Assembly (NCBI GenBank): GCA_046590705.1
Contig: JBKJUK010000213.1
Coordinates: 1-48,841 of the forward strand
Source of the DNA: Thermoanaerobaculia bacterium
GTDB lineage: Bacteria; Acidobacteriota; Thermoanaerobaculia; Gp7-AA8
Reading direction: 5' to 3'
Length of the DNA: 48,841 bases
The notes beneath the pieces were generated by a model. The model ran no database searches, was not told the origin of the DNA, and saw only the letters and a list, made by a program, of their open reading frames with translations. Shown in pieces: positions 24,635-35,182 of the stretch. The position numbers and the translations under genes were made by a program. Numbering within the stretch: the first letter of the stretch is position 1; the number at the start of each line of letters is the position of its first letter.

Positions 24635-25516
24635 TCAGTGAGTGGCAGTCAGCGCTTTCTTCAGTTTGTTTTTTGCGCGGATGTAGAGAGGTCCGACCGA
24701 GCCGATAGGAATTCCGAGCTCGTCGCTGACTTCATCGTACGACCAGCCTTCCATCCCGATGAGGACACAGAGTTTGCGCGAGCGGTCATCGAGCCGGCCC
24801 AGGCCCTGCTGGACCATCATGACCGAGTCGTTCGCTGCACCGCGGGTTTCGACCAGCTCTTCCGTGTCGGTCGTGATCTCGCGTGTTGTTTCGCGTGACC
24901 GTGACTTGGAGTGGATCTGCTGCTTGCAGAGGTTGACGATGGTGCCTGCGAGCCACGGACGCGGCATCAGAATGTTGTGCTGTTTCTGAAGGTAGAGGCA
25001 CCATGCTTCCTGTACCAGTTCTTCAGTTTCCTCAGAGGTGAGCCCATACTTTCTCTGCGGGATCGAGAAGAGAACACGCTGGACGTCAGAGTAGAGCTGG
25101 ACCAGATCGACGGGCTGCTGCGTGCGAGCCTGCTGGGCAATCGCCTCGCCCTCGATGGTCTCGAGCATCTCGCCGACGATGGAGATGATCTCGTCGAAAC
25201 CCATCGGCTTGCGAAGCACCATTGTCGACCCGAGGCGGAGAAGTTCGGCTTCAACCTCCGGGGTTGCGAACGCGGTGAGGGACGCCACTTTGGAGCGAGG
25301 GCTGAGCTGACGAATCGATTCGAGCAGCTGCAGGCCGTCAGCTTCGGTGACCAGCCTCAGATCGGCCAGAATGACGGGGTAGAAGTTTTCGGTGATCATC
25401 GCCTCGGCGGACTTGCGGTCATTCGCGCTCACTGCTTCGATGGACTCGAGATCGAACAGCGCCAGCAACCCTTCGGTGATGGATGTTTCGTCGTCTACTA
25501 CCAGAACCTTCGTCAT
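24635..25516 (-). CDS. Response-regulator receiver fused to an ECF-type sigma-70 factor (REC - sigma region 2 - region 4)
   Basis: REC VLVVDDETS...VILADLRLV...SLTAF...LRKP. Region 2-like EELVQEAWCLYLQKQHNILMPRPWLAGTIVNLCKQQI. Region 4 HTH RKLCVLIGMEGWSYDEVSDELGIPIGSVGPLYIRAKNKLKKAL. Confidence 0.85.
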   Translation of the reverse strand: MTKVLVVDDETSITEGLLALFDLESIEAVSANDRKSAEAMITENFYPVILADLRLVTEADGLQLLESIRQLSPRSKVASLTAFATPEVEAELLRLGSTMVLRKPMGFDEIISIVGEMLETIEGEAIAQQARTQQPVDLVQLYSDVQRVLFSIPQRKYGLTSEETEELVQEAWCLYLQKQHNILMPRPWLAGTIVNLCKQQIHSKSRSRETTREITTDTEELVETRGAANDSVMMVQQGLGRLDDRSRKLCVLIGMEGWSYDEVSDELGIPIGSVGPLYIRAKNKLKKALTATH

Positions 25517-25708
25517 TTTTCTCGCCTCGCAGTTGATTTGCTGGGAGATTGTATTGAGAGGACTCTGCCAACAGACGAAAGCGCGTTAAATACATGACCA
25601 GTCGCAACTTAACCGAGGCATGTGGGAGGGAAGGGATGTTCACGAATTAGACGGCCGTTCAGAAGCTGGACAGTTCTGGTGGTCGCCCACCGCCTGCTCG
25701 TCTATGAG

Positions 25709-27604
25709 TCAGGGAGCGGGACGTTTTGATACATCGTCGGCATCGAAAGTTGGAGCCCAGAGAATCACGTACTTTCTGATCTCGACATTTCTCGATGCTA
25801 CGAGTGGGAACTCCTCGACGGAGCGGGCCTTTCCATCCAGGTCTTCGCGGATGGTCTCGAGTTCCCGATTCCAGGCCTTCTGTATCTCGGCGATTCGGAG
25901 TCGGTAATCGGCCTCACTCACGGACTGCGGCGCTTCCTCACTCGAAGGCCTGCCACTGGTCATGTTGTAGAGGGTCTGACCCCAGGCAATGGAGACCTCA
26001 CCGGCCCGGATCTCGGAGGTGGGAGCCTGCTCTTCATTCTCACGGGTTTCGCGATCTGATTTCTCCCGCATTTGATCGATGCGGCGGCGGAAGGTGCTTT
26101 CGAGCCGCTCTTTCTCTGAATCCGAGCGACGTACTGCCTGTTCCCTGCAGCGTCGAATGAAGTCGTCCCTGCTTTCGCCAGGTGCGGAGAAGATCCCGAA
26201 GGCTGGATTGTGAAAGATGGTCGGACGGTCGCTTTCGAGCAGAAATTCTCGAAGTGATTTCTCACCATCGTGTGCGGCGGCGATTACGTCGTCCAGTTCG
26301 CCCCTGGCGAAGGTTCGTCTCGGATCAGGTACGGCGGTGAGCCGCAGATCGTCGGGCGCCGCAACTGTAAACCCTCCCGCCCAGTCGATCTGCGAGGAGG
26401 CGATGTCGACGGGGGCAACCAGAGCACGACTCACGGTGTGATGGATCCCCGCGCGCGGTTCGTCGTAGGTGACAATTCCCTCGGCGAGGATGAAGGCACG
26501 GTAGGGACCCTCGGCGCTGGTGACGAGGTAGAGTTGATCGAGCGATTCTTCTGTCTGCCGGAGCCTGCTCCGGCGCGAGGTGAAAGAGAACGACGCTTGC
26601 GGCTCTTCCGCTTCTTCGCAATGCAGGCCGGGCGTGACCGGATGTACGTCGAGCACACGGCCGGCTGCTCCGCCCAGCGCTTCGATGACGGCCTGTCTCT
26701 TGTCGGCAGGGCAAAGGAAAATGATGCAGCCGCCGCCACCGGCGCCGCATACTTTTCCGCCCCACGATCCAGCCGCGGCAGCGAGCTCGATGGCGTGGTC
26801 GATTTCAGGATTCGAGATTCCCTCGATCAAAGCTTTTCTCAGCGCCCACTCCGCGGCGAGCGCTTTTCCTGCCGCTTCGAAATCCCGTGCTTCGAGGGCT
26901 TTCTCCATGGTCCCGGCAACTGCTGCGATCTGCTTGAGACCGTTCTGGATTTTCTCGTCGCCATCGATATGACGTTTGTAGACTTCCCAGTTGTTCGTCC
27001 CGGAGAAATGCGCGATGCCGGTGTAATGCAGTACGAAATGCTCGGCAAGTTGCGAGGCCGGGACGCCGAGCGGATGCCGGGTGATGCGGCCAGGATTCAG
27101 GTGAAGCGAAGCGAGGCCACCGTAAACAGGGGGATAGTAATCCTGCACGCCGGCCGGTGAACCCAGCAGGCGTGTTTCGAGGTCACGGACCAGGGCAATG
27201 AGTTCATCACCTTCGACGGGATGACCTACGTACTGCGAGAGTGCGCGTACGAGGGCGACCGAAAGAGCAGATGATCCGCCGAGACCTGAACCGCGGGGTA
27301 CTTCAGTTCGCGTAACGATCCTGATTCCAGTGGTCTGGAAATGTTCGACAGCCTTCGAGATCAGGCCGACGGCAGGGTCGTTACTCAACTGGAGGATCGA
27401 GGTATAGACCTTGTGATAATCATTATCAGTGAGATGAACCTCGACACCAGTCCCCTCGACGCCACTGATCTCGCACTCGGCGTGGAGTGAAATCGCAGTA
27501 TTCACGGTGCATGCGCCGTGATGGAAGAGATAGAGGGGCCAGAGATCTAAGGTACCTCCGGCCAAATCGGCGCGGACCGGCACGCGGACGGTGATTTTTT
27601 TCAT
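25709..27604 (-). CDS. GHMP-family sugar/small-molecule kinase fused to a roughly 300-aa uncharacterised C-terminal module
   Basis: N-terminal approx. 330 aa: RADLAGGTLDLWPLY, the GHMP motif VPRGSGLGGSSALSVALVRAL, and KVCGAGGGGCIIF. C-terminal half: YRAFILAEGIVTYDE..., PGESRDDFIRRCRE, a charged coiled stretch, and the ending VEEFPLVASRNVEIRKYVILWAP. Confidence 0.85.
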   Translation of the reverse strand: MKKITVRVPVRADLAGGTLDLWPLYLFHHGACTVNTAISLHAECEISGVEGTGVEVHLTDNDYHKVYTSILQLSNDPAVGLISKAVEHFQTTGIRIVTRTEVPRGSGLGGSSALSVALVRALSQYVGHPVEGDELIALVRDLETRLLGSPAGVQDYYPPVYGGLASLHLNPGRITRHPLGVPASQLAEHFVLHYTGIAHFSGTNNWEVYKRHIDGDEKIQNGLKQIAAVAGTMEKALEARDFEAAGKALAAEWALRKALIEGISNPEIDHAIELAAAAGSWGGKVCGAGGGGCIIFLCPADKRQAVIEALGGAAGRVLDVHPVTPGLHCEEAEEPQASFSFTSRRSRLRQTEESLDQLYLVTSAEGPYRAFILAEGIVTYDEPRAGIHHTVSRALVAPVDIASSQIDWAGGFTVAAPDDLRLTAVPDPRRTFARGELDDVIAAAHDGEKSLREFLLESDRPTIFHNPAFGIFSAPGESRDDFIRRCREQAVRRSDSEKERLESTFRRRIDQMREKSDRETRENEEQAPTSEIRAGEVSIAWGQTLYNMTSGRPSSEEAPQSVSEADYRLRIAEIQKAWNRELETIREDLDGKARSVEEFPLVASRNVEIRKYVILWAPTFDADDVSKRPAP

Positions 27605-27623
27605 CTGCTTTGGGGGTGGAGTG

Positions 27624-28946
27624 CTAGAAAAGTGCCCGCTTGACGCGAGTCCTCACATCTGCGACCTGCACGGACTGAGTCATCCGGGGCAGATGCGACG
27701 CGACAGACTGTTTGAAACGGCGAAGCTGGTCGCCGCGGAGCGGGTCGGGGGTGATGGACTTCAATTGAAGGGGGTTCATCCAGACGCCACCGTTGGAGAC
27801 TCGGTAGTCGAGGTGTGGTCCGGTCGATAGTCCCGTGGTTCCCACGTACGCGATGACATCACCCTGTTGCACCTTCTGGCCGCGTTTGAGACCGGAAGCG
27901 AAGCGGGACAGATGCAGGTAGCGCGTCTGGATCTGCGAATTGTGGCGGATGGCCACGTAGTTCCCCTCACCTGAATCGAATCCTGCCGTGACGATCACAC
28001 CGTCCGCAGTCGACATGACCGGCGTCCCTACGGGCGCGCCGTAGTCGATACCGTTGTGAGCCTTGAAGCGCTTGAGGACAGGGTGGAAACGTCGATTCGT
28101 AAAGCCTGAGGTGATGCGAGTGAACTTGAGAGGAGACTTGAGGAACTGCTTTCTGAGGGGTGCCCCGCTGCTGGCGTAGTAGCCGGAGGTTCCGTCGGCG
28201 TTTTGAAAGCGAAAGGCCTCGTACATTTCGCCGGCATGAAAGAAGCGGGCGGCGAGTACGGCCCCGTACCCTGCGAATTCATCACCCACAAACTTCTTTT
28301 CCACTACCAGGCTGAAGTGGTCGCCTTTCTTCAGGCGGAAAAAGTCCACGTCCCACTGGAACACGTCCACGAGGAGGGGAACCAGCTGAGCGTTCTCACC
28401 CGTTCCGCACACAGCCTCATAGAGGGAGCTCGTGATCGGAGCTCCTGCTGCAACGGTGACGGTTTTCTGGGGTAGAGCCATCGAGGTGACGGAAAAACCT
28501 TCGCCGTTTCGGGCAGCGTCGATGGTTCCCCAGCCAGTTACTTCCAGCTGGACTCGATCCACCGTTCCCTTCGTATCCTTGACGAATCGAAAGACATTTC
28601 CAGGACGCAGTCGTTTCGGGTCCACGCTGGTAGAGAGTTGCGTGGTGAGAAGCCGCGAATCATCGGCGGACATCCCGCCGGTACGCAGAAGGGCTTCCAG
28701 GGTGTCGCCGGATCGAATGGTGAGGTACGTCGCGTGGGCAGGGAGCGGAGCGGAGGAGGCGTCGGCCAGTTCGTATCGGATTTCAGGCCCGAGGTCGATG
28801 GGGCGGAGGAGGCTCGGATCTGCCGGCTTCTGGACGCTGATCGAGGCGAGAAGCAGCGGGACAGCGAGCGGCACGACGGCGTAATACGACTTCGCCGCAC
28901 GGAACACCCCACCCAGTCGTTCGCCTAAAGCGTTAGCTCGTCTCAT
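27624..28946 (-). CDS. M23-family (LytM) peptidoglycan metalloendopeptidase
   Basis: HNGIDYGAPVGTPV...GNYVAIRH...YLHLS...GTTGLSTGPHLDYRV (the HxxxD and HxH motifs of M23). N-terminal TM/signal anchor. ATG 28946 preferred over TTG 28949. Confidence 0.9.
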   Translation of the reverse strand: MRRANALGERLGGVFRAAKSYYAVVPLAVPLLLASISVQKPADPSLLRPIDLGPEIRYELADASSAPLPAHATYLTIRSGDTLEALLRTGGMSADDSRLLTTQLSTSVDPKRLRPGNVFRFVKDTKGTVDRVQLEVTGWGTIDAARNGEGFSVTSMALPQKTVTVAAGAPITSSLYEAVCGTGENAQLVPLLVDVFQWDVDFFRLKKGDHFSLVVEKKFVGDEFAGYGAVLAARFFHAGEMYEAFRFQNADGTSGYYASSGAPLRKQFLKSPLKFTRITSGFTNRRFHPVLKRFKAHNGIDYGAPVGTPVMSTADGVIVTAGFDSGEGNYVAIRHNSQIQTRYLHLSRFASGLKRGQKVQQGDVIAYVGTTGLSTGPHLDYRVSNGGVWMNPLQLKSITPDPLRGDQLRRFKQSVASHLPRMTQSVQVADVRTRVKRALF

Positions 28947-29095
28947 CAATAAATGCGCAACTCGTTTACAGAAATTTGAATCTGGACTGGCCGCATCTTA
29001 ACAACAGGCCGGAGAATCTGGCAAGGGTAGGCCGCTCTGCGAAGCACTTTCTCCTGCTGCATGCGGTTCCACTCCGGCCTCCGGCCGCTTCACGT

Positions 29096-29929
29096 TTACT
29101 GATCCACAGGTTGTAGTTCGAGCACCTTGATGGCTGACTCGGCAGGCGCGCCGCTGGAATCGATGCGTTTGAACTGTGGCGGGATGCTGAAGGTCGATTC
29201 AGGAACCACGGCGCTTCCGATGCTGGTGACGAGGAACTCCGAGCGCTGGCTCTTGCTCGGTCTTGGGTTCAACTTCGTCCCTGGAAGTCCATTGGTGTTG
29301 TGCGTGCGAGTCGTGACAGTGACCAGCTGTCGTAGCGGCAGACCCTCGATCTTGCGCATCTGATCGTCGAGCATTTTGTCCACAGCCCCGTCGCCGGTGC
29401 TCAGTGACGAAGAGACTTCGGACCTGGAAATCTCGGCGGCGAATGCGTCGGTCGTCCACTGCTCGATCAGAGTCTGAATGGTCTGCTTGAGCGAAATGCC
29501 TGCGACTACGTAGGAGACATCGTAGGAGACGTTGATCCGGTAGTGACGCGTCGCAACTCCTGCGATCATCGGCCGGTCGTCGAGTTTCACCGTCTCGCTC
29601 TTCACGTTCGAGACCTGAACCTGACTCGTTCCCATGGCCGTGAGGAGCGCTGCGGTGGGGTCAGTTTCTACGTATGTCCCTGCCACATGGTTGAGAATGA
29701 TCGAATGCCGGGCGCCGTCGGTGATGAGGCTGGACCGCGCCGGTGTGTTCAACCTCTCGAGGTAGTCGACTCTTCGTCTCGAGCCTTCCAGCACGACCCG
29801 GCCAACGATTTCGTTTGCCTTCGCTTCGGTGTCGCTTCGGGAAATCTGCCGGAATTCATACCTTACCGCTGCTGCCGCAGGGATCGTGATCGCGAATGCC
29901 AGAACTGCCGATACGATATGAATGCGCAT
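29096..29929 (-). CDS. Secreted hypothetical protein
   Basis: Signal peptide MRIHIVSAVLAFAITIPAAAA from the internal ATG 29929, followed by beta-rich sequence. I recognise no family. Confidence 0.6.
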   Translation of the reverse strand: MRIHIVSAVLAFAITIPAAAAVRYEFRQISRSDTEAKANEIVGRVVLEGSRRRVDYLERLNTPARSSLITDGARHSIILNHVAGTYVETDPTAALLTAMGTSQVQVSNVKSETVKLDDRPMIAGVATRHYRINVSYDVSYVVAGISLKQTIQTLIEQWTTDAFAAEISRSEVSSSLSTGDGAVDKMLDDQMRKIEGLPLRQLVTVTTRTHNTNGLPGTKLNPRPSKSQRSEFLVTSIGSAVVPESTFSIPPQFKRIDSSGAPAESAIKVLELQPVDQ

Positions 29930-30034
29930 GTTATTTGCCCTCGCTGAGGTCCGAGTATACGCCTGACTATGCCCGAGGTGTCTTCCGGGCGGTACGGGGA
30001 AATTTTCGTCTCGCCGACCCACGTTGGCAGCGGC

Positions 30035-30721
30035 ATGTTGAATCGGCTGCTGTTTTCTTCTCTTGTCATTCTTACTCTGGCTGCTCCCGTCGCAGAAGCC
30101 CGGAAGCCGTCCGCGACGAAAGGCACCTTCCAGGACGTCATCGAACAGATCGGCGCGCAGCAGAAGAAGCTTACTTCGATCGAAGCCGACTTCCGGCAGG
30201 AGAAACAGCTCGCGCTTCTCGCGAAACCTGAGATGTCTTCGGGAACGTTCGCCTTCACCCGCCCGAATAAAGTGATCTGGAATTATCAGTCACCCCGTCC
30301 CGTGGTGATGCTGATCTCCGCCGGAATGCTCACAACCTGGTACCCGCAGCTCAACAAGGTGGAGAAGCTCGAAGTAAAACGGTATGAAGACAGCATCTTC
30401 AAATACGTGGGAGCAGCGAGCGGTGCCATCGCAGACATGGAGAAGTATTTCGACATCAGCTTCGTCGAAGGGAAGGCTGATCGTTTTTACACGCTGGAAT
30501 TGAAGCCAAAGACGAAGCTCGTCGCCAAGCGGGTCCGCCGGATCAAGATCTGGATCGATCGGCAGACCTATCTCACCACTAAATTCGAGTACGTGGAGGG
30601 AGATGGGGACATCACCCGATACGAATTCACGAACATCAGAACCAATCGTGCCGTGCCGCCATCGCGCTTCGTTTTGAACCTGCCCGCTGGCGTCAAGGTC
30701 GAGCAGATGAAGTTGAACTGA
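30035..30721 (+). CDS. LolA-like outer-membrane lipoprotein carrier / sorting family protein
   Basis: Signal peptide MLNRLLFSSLVILTLAAPVAEA. FRQEKQLALLAKPEMSSGTFAFTRPNKVIWNYQSP...LTTWYPQLNKVEK resembles the LolA-family core. Confidence 0.65.
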   Translation: MLNRLLFSSLVILTLAAPVAEARKPSATKGTFQDVIEQIGAQQKKLTSIEADFRQEKQLALLAKPEMSSGTFAFTRPNKVIWNYQSPRPVVMLISAGMLTTWYPQLNKVEKLEVKRYEDSIFKYVGAASGAIADMEKYFDISFVEGKADRFYTLELKPKTKLVAKRVRRIKIWIDRQTYLTTKFEYVEGDGDITRYEFTNIRTNRAVPPSRFVLNLPAGVKVEQMKLN

Positions 30722-31849
<1,128 letters not shown>

Positions 31850-31910
31850 TACGAACTGGAGCCGACTCTCCATCATTGAATCCCAGACCGGCAGCACAAA
31901 GAAAATATAA

Positions 31911-32219
31911 ATGACGATGATTGCCATGCTCCAGAGTTCTGGTTCAGCCCAGACGTTGTTACAGTTCGTCCCGATCGCAGCGATCGTAGGGATTTTCTAC
32001 TTTCTCGTGATCCTGCCCGGTAATAAGCAGAGAAAGAAAGTGCAGGTAATGCTCGACGCCTTGAAGAAAGGCGATCGCGTCATCACGCAGGGCGGGATCT
32101 ACGGAACCGTTCAGGCGGTCGAGAGCGATGTGATTCAGTTGAAGATTGCCGAGAATGTGAAGATCAGAATCTTGCGTTCGGCAGTCACTGGTGTGGTCGG
32201 CGATACGCAGGCCGATTAA
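31911..32219 (+). CDS. yajC: Preprotein translocase subunit YajC
   Basis: One TM helix followed by QRKKVQVMLDALKKGDRVITQGGIYGTV. Position before secD. Confidence 0.9.
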   Translation: MTMIAMLQSSGSAQTLLQFVPIAAIVGIFYFLVILPGNKQRKKVQVMLDALKKGDRVITQGGIYGTVQAVESDVIQLKIAENVKIRILRSAVTGVVGDTQAD

Positions 32220-32236
32220 CTTCCCGGAGGTTTCTT

Positions 32237-33811
32237 TTGAACAGGAATTTGTATTGGAAAGCTGCGCTGATTCTGGCGATTCTCGTCATTTTCATCTGGC
32301 CGCTGATCCCGACTAAAAACAACCCGGAGCCGATCCAGCGAGGACTCGATCTCAAGGGTGGTACGCATCTTGTGATGAGAGTGAATACGGGCGACGCGTT
32401 GCGGCTCGAAATCGATCAGGCCGTCGAAACCTTCAAGGCCCAGTCGGTCAAACAGACCCTGCCCGCGCCAGTTGTGAGGAAGGTCTCGAATCAGTCATTC
32501 CTCGTGGTACCTCCGGCCGGGGTTCCTTCGGCTTCCTACGAGAAAGTCGGTGCCGACTGGTTTGGACAATACGACGTGTCGAAGTCGGAGAACGGTATTC
32601 TGTTCTCTCTCGACCAGGCCGCACAGAGTCAGATGCGTGACGAGACTGTAAACCAGGCCGTCGAGACGATTACCAATCGTGTTGACGCGCTCGGCGTGAC
32701 CGAACCGATCATCGCCCGTCAGGGTGGAGCCAGGGGCGAGCGAATCGTCATCCAGCTCCCCGGCGTCGACGACCCGGCTCGCGTGAAAGAGATCATCAAA
32801 ACCACCGCACAGCTGCAATTCCGTATTGTGGAAGGGCAGCCGGGACCTGACGCGCAGGCCACCTTGAATTCGCTTCCCGTCGCGATTCGTCCCGAAGTCG
32901 ACATCCTTCCCGGCGACACGCAGGACGAATTCGGCCGGGTAACGGGCAAGCAGTTCTACGCTGTCCGTAAGAGCATTCCCGTCACAGGGCGCGATCTCAA
33001 GACCGCCCGCATGCAGAAAGGTGACATGGGACAGTCGAACATCGGCTTCTCGCTCACCCCTGAAGGCGCTGCGAAGTTCGGGACGCTCACCAGCCAGAAC
33101 ATCAACCGGCCGCTGGCCATCGTGCTCGACAACAAGGTGCAGTCCGCTCCGACCATTCAGAGCCGTATTGACGACAGCGGTCAGATCACCGGTCGCTTCA
33201 CTCCCCAGGAAGCAAGCGATCTTGCGCTCGTTCTGCGCAGCGGCTCTCTTCCCGCTTCAATGACCACCCTGGAAGAGCGTACAGTCGGACCGTCGCTCGG
33301 ACGCGACTCGATTCGCCAGGGCGTCACCGCCTGCCTGATCGGGTTTGCGCTGCTCATCATCACCGCCATCGTTTATTACAAGGGTGCCGGCATCAACGCC
33401 ATCCTCGCCCTTCTACTGAATCTGGTGATTCTGCTCGGAGCCATGGCGTATTTCCGCGCCACTCTGACCCTTCCCGGCATCGCCGGAATCATTTTGACGC
33501 TCGGCATGGCCATCGATTCGAACGTGCTGGTATTCGAGCGTATTCGTGAAGAGCTCCGGGCCGGCAAGGGGGTTCGTGCAGCAATCGAAGCGGGGTTCTC
33601 GCGCGCCTTCTCCACCATCATCGATACCCACATGACCACCATCATCTCCGCGCTTTTCCTGTTCCAGTTCGGAACCGGGCCTGTGCGCGGGTTCGCGGTC
33701 ACCCTGCTCATCGGTCTCGGAGCATCGGTCTTCACGGCTTTCTTCGTGTCGCGGCTGATCTTCGATCTGGTCTACAGTCCATCCAGTCGCCCCAAAGCGA
33801 TCAGTATTTGA
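32237..33811 (+). CDS. secD: Protein translocase subunit SecD
   Basis: GLDLKGGTHLV, a large periplasmic domain, and a C-terminal 5-TM bundle with LTLPGIAGIILTLGMAIDSNVLVFERIREE. TTG start preceded by GGAGG. Confidence 0.95.
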   Translation: MNRNLYWKAALILAILVIFIWPLIPTKNNPEPIQRGLDLKGGTHLVMRVNTGDALRLEIDQAVETFKAQSVKQTLPAPVVRKVSNQSFLVVPPAGVPSASYEKVGADWFGQYDVSKSENGILFSLDQAAQSQMRDETVNQAVETITNRVDALGVTEPIIARQGGARGERIVIQLPGVDDPARVKEIIKTTAQLQFRIVEGQPGPDAQATLNSLPVAIRPEVDILPGDTQDEFGRVTGKQFYAVRKSIPVTGRDLKTARMQKGDMGQSNIGFSLTPEGAAKFGTLTSQNINRPLAIVLDNKVQSAPTIQSRIDDSGQITGRFTPQEASDLALVLRSGSLPASMTTLEERTVGPSLGRDSIRQGVTACLIGFALLIITAIVYYKGAGINAILALLLNLVILLGAMAYFRATLTLPGIAGIILTLGMAIDSNVLVFERIREELRAGKGVRAAIEAGFSRAFSTIIDTHMTTIISALFLFQFGTGPVRGFAVTLLIGLGASVFTAFFVSRLIFDLVYSPSSRPKAISI

Positions 33812-33826
33812 GGCGAGGAGATATCA

Positions 33827-35029
33827 ATGCAGATTTTTGTAGATCCTAAATACGACTTTATTAAGTACCGCTTTCATGCGGTGGCTTTATCGGTATTATT
33901 CATTCTGGCCGGGCTGGCAGCCTTCGCCATGCGAGGCATGAACGTCGGAATCGACTTTGCCGGCGGAGCGAGTGTGATTCTTCGCTTCAAGGAAGCGGTC
34001 CCGCTGGACCAGCTGCGCGCACGAGTGGCCGATGCTTCCATTCAGCAGTACGGAAAGCAGGCCGACAACGCCGTGCTGATCCGGCTTCCGCAGATGAAGC
34101 AGGAAGGCGACTATGCCGGTCGGGTCGTGACTGACCTGCACAAGTCGATCAACAAGGATCCGAGCAACCGGCTCGACCTCAATTATCAGGGTCGCGATGC
34201 ATTGGCCGAGGTATTGAAAGCGGCCGATCCGGATCGCAAGGGCAGCGGCATCGACGCTAACGACTACTACTACCGCACCGCTGAATCGGTGATTGCCCGT
34301 CGCTCGGAGCTCGGAATCTTCCGAGCGATGTCGGAAGTGACCAGCGCGCCCGGCGTGACAGCGGCCGCGGCTGCGGTGCTCGGCCAGAAGACTTTCCTCG
34401 GCAGCTTCAACGTGCTCAATCAGGAAACCGTCGGTCCGCAGGTCGGCAGCGACTTGCGCAGAAAAGCAATCTGGGCCGTTGTGCTGGCCACTCTGGCCAT
34501 GGGTATCTACATCACCGTCCGTTTCGACATCAAGTTCGGAATTGCGGCGATGCTGGCACTCGTGCATGACGTACTCGTTGCATTCGCCTTCATGGTGATG
34601 ATTCGAGCGGAACTCTCGCTGATCATGGTGGCGGCATTTCTGATGATCATCGGATACTCAGTCAACGACACGGTGGTCATCTACGACCGCGTGCGAGAGA
34701 ATCTGCAGAAGGCCAAAGCGAAAGACGATTACGCGACGATCCTCAACCAGTCGCTGAACCAGACCTTGTCGCGCACAGTGCTGACCACCGGTTCGGTGCT
34801 GCTGGTTCTGCTCTCGCTGATCCTCTTCGGCGGACGCGTGATCCATGACTTCTCGCTGGTGCTCTTCGTCGGCTGTATCGCCGGAACCATCTCGACGCTC
34901 ACTATCGTTCCGGCCTTCACTCTGGCCTGGATCCGCCGCGGTGGTCCGCGCGGTGGACCAGTTGGAGAAGGCGTTCGAGTCGATCCTACCGTTGGTGAAG
35001 TCGCCGCCCGTCGACAGACCCGCGTCTGA
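33827..35029 (+). CDS. secF: Protein translocase subunit SecF
   Basis: GIDFAGGASV and GYSVNDTVVIYDRVREN. Six-TM topology. Directly after secD. Confidence 0.95.
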   Translation: MQIFVDPKYDFIKYRFHAVALSVLFILAGLAAFAMRGMNVGIDFAGGASVILRFKEAVPLDQLRARVADASIQQYGKQADNAVLIRLPQMKQEGDYAGRVVTDLHKSINKDPSNRLDLNYQGRDALAEVLKAADPDRKGSGIDANDYYYRTAESVIARRSELGIFRAMSEVTSAPGVTAAAAAVLGQKTFLGSFNVLNQETVGPQVGSDLRRKAIWAVVLATLAMGIYITVRFDIKFGIAAMLALVHDVLVAFAFMVMIRAELSLIMVAAFLMIIGYSVNDTVVIYDRVRENLQKAKAKDDYATILNQSLNQTLSRTVLTTGSVLLVLLSLILFGGRVIHDFSLVLFVGCIAGTISTLTIVPAFTLAWIRRGGPRGGPVGEGVRVDPTVGEVAARRQTRV

Positions 35030-35055
35030 CAATCTGAATATGTTTCAGTAAGAAA

Positions 35056-35079
35056 GGAGCGCTGAGAAGCGCTCCTTTT
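35056..35079 (+). terminator. Rho-independent terminator of tgt-yajC-secDF
   Basis: GGAGCGC-TGAGAA-GCGCTCC followed by TTTT, starting 27 nt after the secF stop. Confidence 0.8.
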
Positions 35080-35087
35080 CACGTCCA

Positions 35088-35118
35088 GTGGAGCACAGGC
35101 AATCCTGCCTGTGGCGCG
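35088..35118 (+). repeat. REP-like family A, copy A3
   Basis: Identical 31-mer to A1 (24322-24352). Confidence 0.9.
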
Positions 35119-35182
35119 ATGAACCTGGCCCGCATTTCTCGAACTCCTTCAGTTGCGATGCTTCCACAAGCAAAGGTGCGCT

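Noticed and set aside
25517-25708. ECF-type promoter (GAAC ... CGTC) upstream of the REC-ECF sigma gene, which would suggest autoregulation.
   Set aside because: On the minus strand, GAAC and CGTC are separated by 19 nt rather than the usual 16-17, and the match is otherwise poor.
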